A stretch of DNA of 64,000 nt from Patescibacteria group bacterium (GTDB lineage: Bacteria; Patescibacteriota; Patescibacteriia; UBA1558; UBA10009): positions 44,260-108,259 of the forward strand of contig JBAZSE010000003.1 in NCBI GenBank assembly GCA_041662565.1, in the 5' to 3' direction. Position numbers and translations under genes: made by a program. Under the pieces are notes generated by a model. It ran no database searches. It saw nothing but the letters and a program-made list of their open reading frames with translations, and was not told where the DNA came from. Numbering within the stretch: position 1 is the first letter of the stretch; each line of letters opens with the position of its first letter. Of the stretch, positions 27,185-36,206 are shown piece after piece.

Positions 27185-28305
27185 CTGTGCTCCTTTACCA
27201 AGGCAATCCTTTGTCGTCGCAGTGCATCACTATCGGATCTCAATGCTTCCACTATGGCATCTTGAAATTTTTGATAATCCGTAGTTACGGCAACGAAATC
27301 CAAAAATTCCGGCAAACCTAAACTTTGAGTAGAAACCACCGGTTTGCCGCAGGCCAGATAATCGTAAATCTTCATGGGATTAGTTGATTTGATAAACTTA
27401 TCAATTTTATGAGGAATAATGCCCACTTCAAACTGATGGATGTACATTGGTGATGCTTCATAGCTTTTACGCCCCAAAAAATATACATTTTTAAATTTTG
27501 CCAACTGATCTTTAATTTCTTTTTGCCAAACCGGCCCTACTAAAACCAAGGATTTTTCAGGATTGCTAATTGCAAGATATTCAACCAAATCAACATCAAA
27601 ACGCTCTTGGATCGTGCCAATATAACCAATAATGGGATGAGGAATATGGCCGATATCGCGATTAATTAAAGGAAAATCTTTTTGAAAATGCTTTAAATCA
27701 ACGCCATTGGGAACCCAATGGATTTTTTCTTTATGCGCGAATAAATTTTCCAATTCGTTGGAAACAGTAAAAATTATATCGGCTTTTTGATCAATAATTT
27801 TATAATTGTCTAGTAAGCGGTTTTTAAAGCGAATCAATGAAGGATGCTCAGACCAATTATCCACGGCGTCAAAAACTTTTAATGTTGGCTCCAGCTGATC
27901 AAAGTAATTGACAGCTAATGGATAAAACGACCAAATAATAAAATCTTCCTGGTTAAAAAAAGATTTTGCCAAATTAGCGATCTGTTGATAAAGTTTTTTT
28001 ACGGAAAACAAACTTAAAATGGTGGAATAAATAACCAGCTTATCGCTAATTTTGGTTGTTTGGCCTAAAAATAAACGATTTACTTGTCCGCTTAAATTAT
28101 TGGTTAATAAATCTTCTTTTAAAACCCTTAAACCTCTTTTAAAGGTGTGTGGCAAAAAATCTACAGCAATAATTTTATTAATTTTTTCATTAACCAATAG
28201 CTGTTGTAAAATTTGCCAATTGCGGTTAACTACGCCCCGACGAGCCCAATCGGAATACGAGGACATGTTAAACATTATTACATTTATTTTTTTATCACTT
28301 GGCAT
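27133..28305 (-). CDS. GT-B fold glycosyltransferase (GT4-like)
   Basis: C-terminal NPMKIYDYLACGKPVVST nucleotide-sugar binding motif. Confidence 0.6.
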   Translation of the reverse strand: MPSDKKINVIMFNMSSYSDWARRGVVNRNWQILQQLLVNEKINKIIAVDFLPHTFKRGLRVLKEDLLTNNLSGQVNRLFLGQTTKISDKLVIYSTILSLFSVKKLYQQIANLAKSFFNQEDFIIWSFYPLAVNYFDQLEPTLKVFDAVDNWSEHPSLIRFKNRLLDNYKIIDQKADIIFTVSNELENLFAHKEKIHWVPNGVDLKHFQKDFPLINRDIGHIPHPIIGYIGTIQERFDVDLVEYLAISNPEKSLVLVGPVWQKEIKDQLAKFKNVYFLGRKSYEASPMYIHQFEVGIIPHKIDKFIKSTNPMKIYDYLACGKPVVSTQSLGLPEFLDFVAVTTDYQKFQDAIVEALRSDSDALRRQRIALVKEHSWLKRSERMLEIIFQKL

Positions 28306-29389
28306 AGGATTGAATTATTTTATTTAATGCACCAGCTTGTTTACTCCAAATAAATTCTTGTTCCACTCTGGCTTTTGCAGCATTACCCAATCTTTGATGG
28401 AATTCCTGATCAGCTAATAATCGACTGATTTTTTCTATCAAATCTTTTGAGTTGCTTGGTTCAACCAATAATCCGGTTTGTTCATTTAAAACCGCCTCCA
28501 TAACTCCCCCACAACTGGCCGCCACTACCGGTAATCCAAAGGATGCGGCCTCTAAATAAACAATGCCAAAACCTTCCACATCGCCGGCTAAATTTTGTGC
28601 CGGCATAACAAATACATCAGCCGTCTGATAATACCATGACAATTCTTCATCACTAACATTTGCTAAAAATATAACTTTATTTTCCAGACCCAGCTTTAAG
28701 CTTTGAGTTTTAAGCTTTAAGCTTTCCGGCCCTTCTCCGACTATTAAATAAACCAAATTTGGAAATTTTTGTAATAATTCCGGTAGTGCCTTAATAACCG
28801 CGTCCTGACCCTTTCTTTTAACCAAACGTCCGACCGTTAGTAAAACTTTTTTTCCTTGCAAGCTTAAATTTTGTTTTATCTCTTCAAGTTTTGAGCTATC
28901 AGCTTTAAGATTTAAGCTAACATGCGGACACGGATAAACCACTACCACTTTATTATCATCATAACCTAAATTTAAAAGTTCATTTTTGGTGAAATTACTG
29001 TTTGCCGTAATAAATTCGGCATTATCCAAAACCTGCTTTAGGGCCTTTTCTTTTCTAAGCGATCTTTGCGGCAGCATAATATCCAAGCCGTGCGTAGAAA
29101 CAAAATACGGAATATGAAAAAACTTTTTAATTAAATAAGTTGCTTCGCCAACCGGCAACACTTGCCCCACCCAAATTAAATCAGGTTTTTCTTTTTTTAT
29201 CTGGCGCCTGATTTCAAAAAACAATTTCAACCATTTTGGCCAAAAAAATCTATAAAATAACTTTGGCCCTACTTCAAATACCTTAATTTGTTGGCCAGTT
29301 AAATTTTTGACCAAATTAAAATAGTAATTCCCTACTCCTCCTTTAAAAGGCGGCCATTCCATGGTTACCAATAAAATTTTCATAATCAA
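28295..29389 (-). CDS. family 4 glycosyltransferase
   Basis: EGFGIVYLEAASFGLPVVAAS motif. Contains in-frame CTTTAAG heptamer arrays. Confidence 0.8.
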   Translation of the reverse strand: MIMKILLVTMEWPPFKGGVGNYYFNLVKNLTGQQIKVFEVGPKLFYRFFWPKWLKLFFEIRRQIKKEKPDLIWVGQVLPVGEATYLIKKFFHIPYFVSTHGLDIMLPQRSLRKEKALKQVLDNAEFITANSNFTKNELLNLGYDDNKVVVVYPCPHVSLNLKADSSKLEEIKQNLSLQGKKVLLTVGRLVKRKGQDAVIKALPELLQKFPNLVYLIVGEGPESLKLKTQSLKLGLENKVIFLANVSDEELSWYYQTADVFVMPAQNLAGDVEGFGIVYLEAASFGLPVVAASCGGVMEAVLNEQTGLLVEPSNSKDLIEKISRLLADQEFHQRLGNAAKARVEQEFIWSKQAGALNKIIQSYAK

Positions 29390-30843
29390 ACCCTTTTAAA
29401 AACACTTTGTAAAAATATAACAACCTCTTCTTTGCTAATGCCTTTAAATAACCATAGAATCAATAAATAAATAAGCGCGCCGATTGGCACCAGAACGATA
29501 AAGCTGATAGCGGGCAAAAGATAAATAATATATAAATACATAGCCAATCCGGCCAGCAAAGAAACTCCTAATTTTTTAAGCAAAAAACTATAGTTGATAA
29601 CCACAATTTGTTTGGCCACAATCATTTGTAAAACAAACATTAAAACAGTGCTAACACTTGATGCTATGGCCGCGCCGATAAAACTAAAACGCGGAATCAA
29701 AATCAAGTTTAAAATAATATTAACTACCATGGTAATGCCGATATTTATAGTGTTGCGCGTTTGCCTATCACAGGCATTTAACAATGCACCCAAAGGAAAA
29801 TTTAAAAACAAAAACGGCAATGAAGAAATTAAAATCTGCAGAGCCAGTACCGAGGGCAAATATTCGGCCGTATATATTTTAAAAATCAGGGGTTGAGCAA
29901 TAGCAATAACGCCAAAAGTTACCGGCATGGCGATTAAACCAAGATAAACCATACCTCTGGCAAAATATTTAGCCAGCAGTTGCTTATTGGAAACAAAGTA
30001 GCTGGAAAAAGCCGGATACAACGAAGCAATAAAAGCCATAGGAATAAACTGCAAAGAAAAAGTCAGCTTATAGGGCAAGCTGTAATAGCCAACTGCTTCG
30101 GGCCCGGCTAATTGATGCAAAAAAACCGTATCAATATAGGCATAGACCTTGGTAAATATCGCTGCCAAGGCAAAAGGAATTGTAAAGATTACCAATGATT
30201 TAATAATGCTTTTATCAAAGGCCTTAAAAAATTTCAAACCCAATTTAACTTTTAGTAAAATTCCCGAATAAATAAAATTAAACAAGCTGGCAATAAGAAT
30301 AGCTAAGATTAAAATTCTTAAATCCTGGGTTAAATTGACGATTATCACGCCGGAAATAAAAACAATCAACTGAAAAATTATTGTACCGATGGCCTCGAAC
30401 TGTAAATTTTGCCTGCCTCGCAAAAAAGCGTAAAAAGTTAAGGTAAACGAATCAACCAACATAATCAAACCTGATAAATAAACCAATTGCCTAACCAATT
30501 CTTTATCCGATAAAAAATTTATGGCAATTATTGTTGCCGTGTAGGTGAGCAAAGCCAACGGAATTTTTAACGCCATTACCGCGCCCAAATATTGCTGACA
30601 TTTATCTTTAAATTTGGCCGCTTCTCTGATTAACACGTTAGCAAGACCTAGATCAATAAAAACGGCAAAGATAGTTGTAAAGGATAAAGCAAATGTATAA
30701 CTACCTAAATTACCAGCACCAAGCTTAACGGCAATGTAAGAAAAATAAATAAAGCTGATTAACTTTTGCAACACCAATGCTAAAGTAAATAAGCTGGTAT
30801 TTCGAGCTATTTTGTTCTCAGAATATTCCATAAACTTCAGCAT
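29386..30843 (-). CDS. Wzx-type oligosaccharide flippase / polysaccharide biosynthesis protein (MOP superfamily)
   Basis: ~12-14 TM helices. Typical size and position at the head of a GT cluster. Confidence 0.65.
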   Translation of the reverse strand: MLKFMEYSENKIARNTSLFTLALVLQKLISFIYFSYIAVKLGAGNLGSYTFALSFTTIFAVFIDLGLANVLIREAAKFKDKCQQYLGAVMALKIPLALLTYTATIIAINFLSDKELVRQLVYLSGLIMLVDSFTLTFYAFLRGRQNLQFEAIGTIIFQLIVFISGVIIVNLTQDLRILILAILIASLFNFIYSGILLKVKLGLKFFKAFDKSIIKSLVIFTIPFALAAIFTKVYAYIDTVFLHQLAGPEAVGYYSLPYKLTFSLQFIPMAFIASLYPAFSSYFVSNKQLLAKYFARGMVYLGLIAMPVTFGVIAIAQPLIFKIYTAEYLPSVLALQILISSLPFLFLNFPLGALLNACDRQTRNTINIGITMVVNIILNLILIPRFSFIGAAIASSVSTVLMFVLQMIVAKQIVVINYSFLLKKLGVSLLAGLAMYLYIIYLLPAISFIVLVPIGALIYLLILWLFKGISKEEVVIFLQSVFKRV

Positions 30844-30865
30844 ATTATAACAAAAATATTGCTTT

Positions 30866-31909
30866 TTGGCAAAAATTTATTTGACCGATATACTTGATTT
30901 ATTTGAAAAAAACTGTTATAATTATTTTTACTTTAATATGGAAAATTTTTGGACAAAACTAAAAAAACCGATTGTCGCTCTTGCACCCATGTGCGGCGTG
31001 ACTGATTTGCCGTTCAGATTAATTTGCCATAATTACGGGGCTGATGTTGTTTATTCCGAAATGACCATGGTGCAGGCCTTGGCCCACAAAGGCAAAAAAA
31101 CCATGGATATGGTAAAAATTTTAGATGCCGAACGACCGGTAATTATCCAGCTTGGCGGCAATGATCCTGAATTATTTTATAAAGCCGCCCAAGTAGTGGC
31201 TGATGAAATTGGACCCAATGGTATTGATATCAACTTCGGTTGTCCGGCAAAAAAAGTAGCCGGCCACGGTAGTGGCGTTTCTTTATTAAGAGATCTTGAA
31301 AAATCCTATCAAATAATCCAAGCCACAATCGAGGGAGCGCATGGTTTGCCAGTTTCTTTTAAAACCAGAACTCAAATCAAATCAACCGATAAATGCTCTG
31401 TGCATTGCAGCTTGGAATTGATTGAAAAAGTTAAAGATTTACCGGTGGCCGCGATTATGATTCATGGTAGGTCATTTGAAGCACCTTGGGTAGAAGAAGT
31501 TGATTATGATTATATTAAACAAGTTAGAAAACAGTTTAAAGGAATTTTACTGGCTAATGGCGGACTTTACGACCCGCAAAAAGTTAAAGAAGTTTTGGAA
31601 TTAACCGGTGCGGATGGGGTGGGTATTGCTCATGGTGTTTACGGTAGGCCATGGATTTTTAATCAAATTAAAGAATACTTAAAAACAGGTCAATTTACCG
31701 ATTTAAGCTGGCCTCAAAAGCGTAAAATTGCTCTAGAACACGCGCAGGTGGCATTTGAGACAAAAGGTACCCATGGGTTGCTGGAATTGCGCAAACAGCT
31801 CTTATGGTACGTTAAAGGGCTTACCAATGCTACAAACTACAGGCAAAGTTTGGTAACATTAAATACTTTGGAAGAAATTGAACAAGCGCTGATGAATATA
31901 GAGAGTTAG
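30866..31909 (+). CDS. tRNA-dihydrouridine synthase
   Basis: LAPMCGVTDLPFR and GCPAKKV Dus motifs. Confidence 0.85.
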   Translation: MAKIYLTDILDLFEKNCYNYFYFNMENFWTKLKKPIVALAPMCGVTDLPFRLICHNYGADVVYSEMTMVQALAHKGKKTMDMVKILDAERPVIIQLGGNDPELFYKAAQVVADEIGPNGIDINFGCPAKKVAGHGSGVSLLRDLEKSYQIIQATIEGAHGLPVSFKTRTQIKSTDKCSVHCSLELIEKVKDLPVAAIMIHGRSFEAPWVEEVDYDYIKQVRKQFKGILLANGGLYDPQKVKEVLELTGADGVGIAHGVYGRPWIFNQIKEYLKTGQFTDLSWPQKRKIALEHAQVAFETKGTHGLLELRKQLLWYVKGLTNATNYRQSLVTLNTLEEIEQALMNIES

Positions 31910-31932
31910 GCGCGCCGCATAAAAATGACAAC

Positions 31933-31965
31933 AAAAAATCCGTCAATTGATTTCGACGGATTTTT
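31933..31965. terminator. bidirectional terminator between dus and rpsI
   Basis: AAAATCCGTC-N10-GACGGATTTT with an A-run before and a T-run after. Confidence 0.55.
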
Positions 31966-31974
31966 AAATTTATA

Positions 31975-32523
31975 TTAACGTTTGGCAAATTGCGGCGCGC
32001 GTCTGGCTCTCTTTAAGCCCGGTTTCTTGCGTTCTTTCTTACGAGAATCTCTGGTTAGCAAGCCATCACCTTTTAAGGTTTTTCTTAAAGTTTCATCAAA
32101 TTTTAAAATCACTCTGGCTAAGCCGTGTCTAACCGCTTCGGCCTGAGATTTTATGCCGCCACCAGCAAGTTTAACGGTAATAAAGTACTTGCCGAGCATA
32201 TCCACCTTTTTTAAGGTTTGTTCAACGATCAATTGATATTCGGAGTAAGGAAAGCGTGTTTTATAATCAACTCCATCAACGATAAAATCGGTTCTTTCAT
32301 CTTTGGGATAAAATCTAACTCTGGCCACGGCGGTTTTACGCTTGCCCACGCTGTAAAGATAAGGCAGCTTTTTGCCTTTTTTGGCCTCTGATTCATCGTG
32401 ATGAATCGGTTTGCCCTGTTTGGCCTCGGCTTTGATTTCAATTAAAGCCGCTTCTTTAACTTCCGCTTTAACCGGAGCTTTTTTTCTGGCCGGCTTGGCT
32501 GTTTTTTCCGTAATACTGGTCAT
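31975..32523 (-). CDS. rpsI: 30S ribosomal protein S9 with ~50-aa Lys/Ala/Glu-rich N-terminal extension
   Basis: GKRKTAVARV ... ending RKKPGLKRARRAPQFAKR. Confidence 0.9.
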   Translation of the reverse strand: MTSITEKTAKPARKKAPVKAEVKEAALIEIKAEAKQGKPIHHDESEAKKGKKLPYLYSVGKRKTAVARVRFYPKDERTDFIVDGVDYKTRFPYSEYQLIVEQTLKKVDMLGKYFITVKLAGGGIKSQAEAVRHGLARVILKFDETLRKTLKGDGLLTRDSRKKERKKPGLKRARRAPQFAKR

Positions 32524-32538
32524 AAAAAATTTATCAGT

Positions 32539-32928
32539 TTATTTGTTTAAATGCAGCCGTTTAAGCATCTTGGGCCTAAGCTTGTTTTTTGGCAGCATGT
32601 TGGAAATAATTCTTTTAAAAACCTTGCAGGGGTCGTTTTCAAAACTTTTAGCTAAAGGCGTTGTTTTAAGGCCCCCTGGATAACCAGAAAAAGTGCGGGT
32701 AACATTATCAATCATTTTTTTACCGGTAAACTTTAACTTAGAAACATTGGTAATTTCCACCGTTGCGCCATGATCATAGTTAGGGCGATAGCTAGCCACG
32801 TTTTTACCCATCAATAAAATGGCAACCTTGGTGGCTAAGCGTCCGGCAACCTGATCTGTGGCATCCAGTAAATATTTGGCTCTTACTATATTTAACATAA
32901 ATTTATAAATCTGATATTGCTTAAACAA
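32539..32928 (-). CDS. rplM: 50S ribosomal protein L13 (start possibly at internal MLNIV)
   Basis: DATDQVAGRLATKVAILLMGK motif. Confidence 0.9.
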   Translation of the reverse strand: MFKQYQIYKFMLNIVRAKYLLDATDQVAGRLATKVAILLMGKNVASYRPNYDHGATVEITNVSKLKFTGKKMIDNVTRTFSGYPGGLKTTPLAKSFENDPCKVFKRIISNMLPKNKLRPKMLKRLHLNK

Positions 32929-32930
32929 AA

Positions 32931-33281
32931 CTAAACCAGTTCAATTTGGACCATATCGGCGTTATCGCCCAACCTGTGGCCTAATTTAATAATTCTCAAA
33001 TAACCTCCGCTGCGTTCTTTATATTTTGGTCCTAAAACTTCAAAAACTTTGCTCACTGCTTTTTTTATAGGCAATTTAGCCAAGAGCAAACGGCGGTTGG
33101 ACAAATTATCAACTTTGCCTCTGGTAATAACTTTTTCCACCAACGGCTTAATGGCGTGCGCCTTGGCCTGGGTAGTGGTAATTTTTTCGTATAAAATAAC
33201 CTGGCAAATCAAGCCGTTGAGCAGGGCCTGGCGAGGAGCTTTAGCCCGGCTTAATGTAATTTTTTTCTTGCGGTGTCGCAT
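32931..33281 (-). CDS. rplQ: 50S ribosomal protein L17
   Basis: MRHRKKKITLSRAKAPRQALLNGL N-terminus. Confidence 0.9.
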   Translation of the reverse strand: MRHRKKKITLSRAKAPRQALLNGLICQVILYEKITTTQAKAHAIKPLVEKVITRGKVDNLSNRRLLLAKLPIKKAVSKVFEVLGPKYKERSGGYLRIIKLGHRLGDNADMVQIELV

Positions 33282-33307
33282 AATGCTTATTGCTTATTCA
33301 ATATTCT

Positions 33308-34102
33308 TTATTCGCTTTTTTTGGTTCTGCCTTTTTTCTTAGCTTTTTTTTCTACTTCAACTTCTTCGCCATCAGCATCAACTGCTATCTTGCTCGGTTT
33401 AACAACTTCTTCAGCTTCAGCGGAATTTTCATAAACAAACATAAAATGCTTTAAGAGCAAATCGCTGGCTTCGGCAATTGCCGCTTTTGGAGTAACAGTT
33501 CCATCGGTTTCAATTTTTAAGACCAATCTTTCAAAATCAGTTCTTTCGCCTAAACGGATGTTTTCTACGTCAAAACCGACTTTGGTAAGTGGAGAATAAA
33601 TGGCATCAACCATAATGGTGCCTAAATCTACTTTTTCTTTGATCCTATCTTCCACAGTTACATAGCCGTAACCTTTTTCGGCCACTAATTCCATTTCAAA
33701 ATTAGCTCCCTTATCCGTTAACGTGGCGATAACTTCATCAGGATTGGCAATTTCTACCAAGGAATTTTTTTCAATATCCCCGGCAGTTACTATTTTTTCA
33801 CCCTTAACATGTAAATTTAAAATAACCGGTTCGTCGCTAAAAACATGCACGCGGATTTTTTTAACGTTAATGGAAATTTCCACGGCATCTTCTTTAACAA
33901 AGGGCAAAGAAGTAAATTCATGCGGCGCGCCTTTAAGTTTATAAGAAGTAATGGCCGAACCCTTAATAGATGAAAGCAAAACCCTTCTTAAAGCGTTGCC
34001 AATGGTAACACCGTAACCCGGATAGCACGGTTCAACTACCACAGTTGCCCGATTGCCTTTGGCTTCTTTAAACTCTAATTTTGTGGGAAGTAATATGCTC
34101 AT
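33308..34102 (-). CDS. rpoA: DNA-directed RNA polymerase alpha subunit, N-terminal domain only (no alpha-CTD)
   Basis: Alpha-NTD dimerisation/assembly region is conserved. The protein ends after ~230 aa with an acidic/basic tail, and 264 aa is too short to hold the ~80-aa CTD. Confidence 0.8.
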   Translation of the reverse strand: MSILLPTKLEFKEAKGNRATVVVEPCYPGYGVTIGNALRRVLLSSIKGSAITSYKLKGAPHEFTSLPFVKEDAVEISINVKKIRVHVFSDEPVILNLHVKGEKIVTAGDIEKNSLVEIANPDEVIATLTDKGANFEMELVAEKGYGYVTVEDRIKEKVDLGTIMVDAIYSPLTKVGFDVENIRLGERTDFERLVLKIETDGTVTPKAAIAEASDLLLKHFMFVYENSAEAEEVVKPSKIAVDADGEEVEVEKKAKKKGRTKKSE

Positions 34103-34132
34103 ATTATTTTGCCCTCTTAATAATATTAAAAA

Positions 34133-34765
34133 CTAACGAGAATAAAATTCAATAATCAATGTGGCGTCAAATGGTGCGATTAAATCCGCCTTGGCCGGCA
34201 AACTAATAACTTTACCGGAAAAATCAGTAGGATTTAAAGCTACCCAACCTGGAGTTTCTACTTTAGCCAGCTTGGCAATTCTCTCCTGCCAATATTTTTT
34301 GCCTGCTCCGGTGGCGCCTAAGGTAATAATATCCCCTACCTTTAAATCATTACTGGGAATATGAGCTTTTTTGCCATTCAATAAAAAGTGCCCGTGGCTG
34401 ACCAATTGCCTGGCTTGATCACGGCTATCGGCAAAACCCAAACGGTAAACTATGTTGTCAAATCTGGTTTCCAATAATCTTAACAAATTTTCGGAAGTAT
34501 CTCCGGCCAATCGATTGGCTTTGACAAAATAATTATGGAATTCTTTTTCCAACAAACGGTAGATTTTTTTAGCTTTCTGCTTTTCACGTAACCTAATACC
34601 ATAGCCCGATAAACGCTTAGATTTCATGTTAGGGCCGTGCATGCCCGGAGGAAAAGGACGCTTAATAACCGGATTCTTGGGCAATAAATTTTTATCACCC
34701 TTTAAAAATAAGCTCATGCCTTCGCGCCTTTCCTGCTTTGATTTTGGACCTAGGTTTCTACCCAT
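34133..34765 (-). CDS. rpsD: 30S ribosomal protein S4
   Basis: GRNLGPKSKQERREG start. S4 RNA-binding domain. Confidence 0.9.
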   Translation of the reverse strand: MGRNLGPKSKQERREGMSLFLKGDKNLLPKNPVIKRPFPPGMHGPNMKSKRLSGYGIRLREKQKAKKIYRLLEKEFHNYFVKANRLAGDTSENLLRLLETRFDNIVYRLGFADSRDQARQLVSHGHFLLNGKKAHIPSNDLKVGDIITLGATGAGKKYWQERIAKLAKVETPGWVALNPTDFSGKVISLPAKADLIAPFDATLIIEFYSR

Positions 34766-34807
34766 ACGAGATAATTTAAAATATGAATTTTTAATTTAAA
34801 ATAAACC

Positions 34808-35218
34808 TTAAACTCTTCTTGGTTTTGGAGCCCTACAACCGTTATGAGGAATCGGGGTCATATCCTTAATGGAAACAACTTCCAAACCATTGGCGTGCAA
34901 TGCCCTGATAGCGCCTTCGCGGCCACTGCCAACGCCTTTAACAAAAACATCAACTTGCTGCAAGCCGATTTCTTTAAGCTTTTCCAACAAATTTTTAACT
35001 ATCACGCCGGCGGCATAAGGAGTGGATTTTTTAGGTCCCTTAAAACCGCAAGCTCCGGCCGAAGAAGCGCCAACAACATTACCCACCGTATCGGTAATGG
35101 TAATTATGGTGTTATTGTAAGTTGCCTGAATATGGGCTTGGCCACGTTTAAGAACGCGCTTGATTTTCTTCTTTTTTTTGTTTGCCGCTGCTGGAGCCGC
35201 TGATTTTACTTCCGCCAT
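34808..35218 (-). CDS. rpsK: 30S ribosomal protein S11
   Basis: [16 protein letters not shown] ... [11 protein letters not shown]. Confidence 0.9.
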   Translation of the reverse strand: MAEVKSAAPAAANKKKKKIKRVLKRGQAHIQATYNNTIITITDTVGNVVGASSAGACGFKGPKKSTPYAAGVIVKNLLEKLKEIGLQQVDVFVKGVGSGREGAIRALHANGLEVVSIKDMTPIPHNGCRAPKPRRV

Positions 35219-35258
35219 CTTGATAATTGATTAATAAAATAATTAATTGCTAAATTGA

Positions 35259-35651
35259 TTAGGTTTTTTGGTTAGCGTCTTTTCTACCTGAACCCATGGT
35301 TCTTCTAACGTTACCTCTGACTGTCCGGGAATTTGTTTTAGTGCGTTGTCCGCGAACCGGTAAATTTCTTTGATGTCTGGTACCTCTAAAGCATTTTATT
35401 TCTTTAAGCCGTTTAATATTGGACATAACCTCACGCTTAAGCTCGCCTTCAACTTTAAAGCTTTTTTCAATATGTTCGCGCAAAGAGTTAGCTTCAGCTT
35501 CGGTTAAATTCTTGATTCTGGTATCTGGATTGATTTTTAAAGCGGCTAAAATCTTTTGGGAACGCGGTAAACCAATGCCATAAATGGCACGTAAACCGAC
35601 TTCCACTCTTTTTTCGTTAGGTAAAGTAACGCTTGCAATTCTGATAGCCAT
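35259..35651 (-). CDS. rpsM: 30S ribosomal protein S13
   Basis: [27 protein letters not shown]. Confidence 0.9.
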   Translation of the reverse strand: MAIRIASVTLPNEKRVEVGLRAIYGIGLPRSQKILAALKINPDTRIKNLTEAEANSLREHIEKSFKVEGELKREVMSNIKRLKEIKCFRGTRHQRNLPVRGQRTKTNSRTVRGNVRRTMGSGRKDANQKT

Positions 35652-35674
35652 ACTAAATTAATTTAAATTTATAT

Positions 35675-35788
35675 TTAACCTTGCCTTTGTTTATGCTTAG
35701 GCACTTTACATAAGCAAACAACCCGGCCCTTGCGCCTGGTTATTTTACAATCCTTGCAGATTTTTTTAACTGAAGTGCGTACTTTCAT
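35675..35788 (-). CDS. rpmJ: 50S ribosomal protein L36 (37 aa; absent from ORF track)
   Basis: Manual translation gives [37 protein letters not shown], the canonical L36 zinc-ribbon sequence, in the expected position between infA and rpsM. Confidence 0.85.
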   Translation of the reverse strand: MKVRTSVKKICKDCKITRRKGRVVCLCKVPKHKQRQG

Positions 35789-35791
35789 ATG

Positions 35792-36028
35792 TTACATTCT
35801 AAATGTTATTCTGCCCTTGGTTAAATCGTAAGGAGTCATTTCCACTTTAACTTTATCCCCAGGCACCAAACGAATGTTAAACATCCGCATTTTACCGGAA
35901 AGATGAGTTAAAATTTCATGCCCATTATCCAATTTTACCCTAAAACTGGCCGCCGGCAGCAATTCTTCAATGGTGCCGATTGCCTCTATAAACCCCTTTT
36001 TATTGGATTTTGATTGTTCGTCTGACAT
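35792..36028 (-). CDS. infA: translation initiation factor IF-1
   Basis: S1-like OB fold. [30 protein letters not shown]. Confidence 0.9.
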   Translation of the reverse strand: MSDEQSKSNKKGFIEAIGTIEELLPAASFRVKLDNGHEILTHLSGKMRMFNIRLVPGDKVKVEMTPYDLTKGRITFRM

Positions 36029-36206
36029 TTATGGTAACAAAAAAGGAATTCTCTATATCTGCCCGCCACTGTTTTAACCGTTTCTCGCGCTTGATAGAGA
36101 GATTTCCGCTAAAATAAGCTAATTTTTACTATTTGTAAATATCTAACAGCTTAATGGGTATATTCTACACTATCAAAAAAATATGTCAAGAAGGCGGACC
36201 GGCCGG

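Noticed and set aside
31975-32523. S9 N-terminal 50-aa extension as a separate fused gene
   Set aside because: The extension is low-complexity Lys/Ala/Glu-rich and in frame without an internal SD-like sequence. It most likely is a lineage-specific ribosomal protein extension, or simply an over-called start, rather than a distinct feature.
36181-36206. GC-rich ACCGGCCGGT palindrome at the stop of the DKNYY gene
   Set aside because: Considered as a terminator or another CGAG-family element. The stem is only 3-4 bp with no U-run and no CGAG words. Probably a chance GC patch or restriction-site-like palindrome. Noted only in context.
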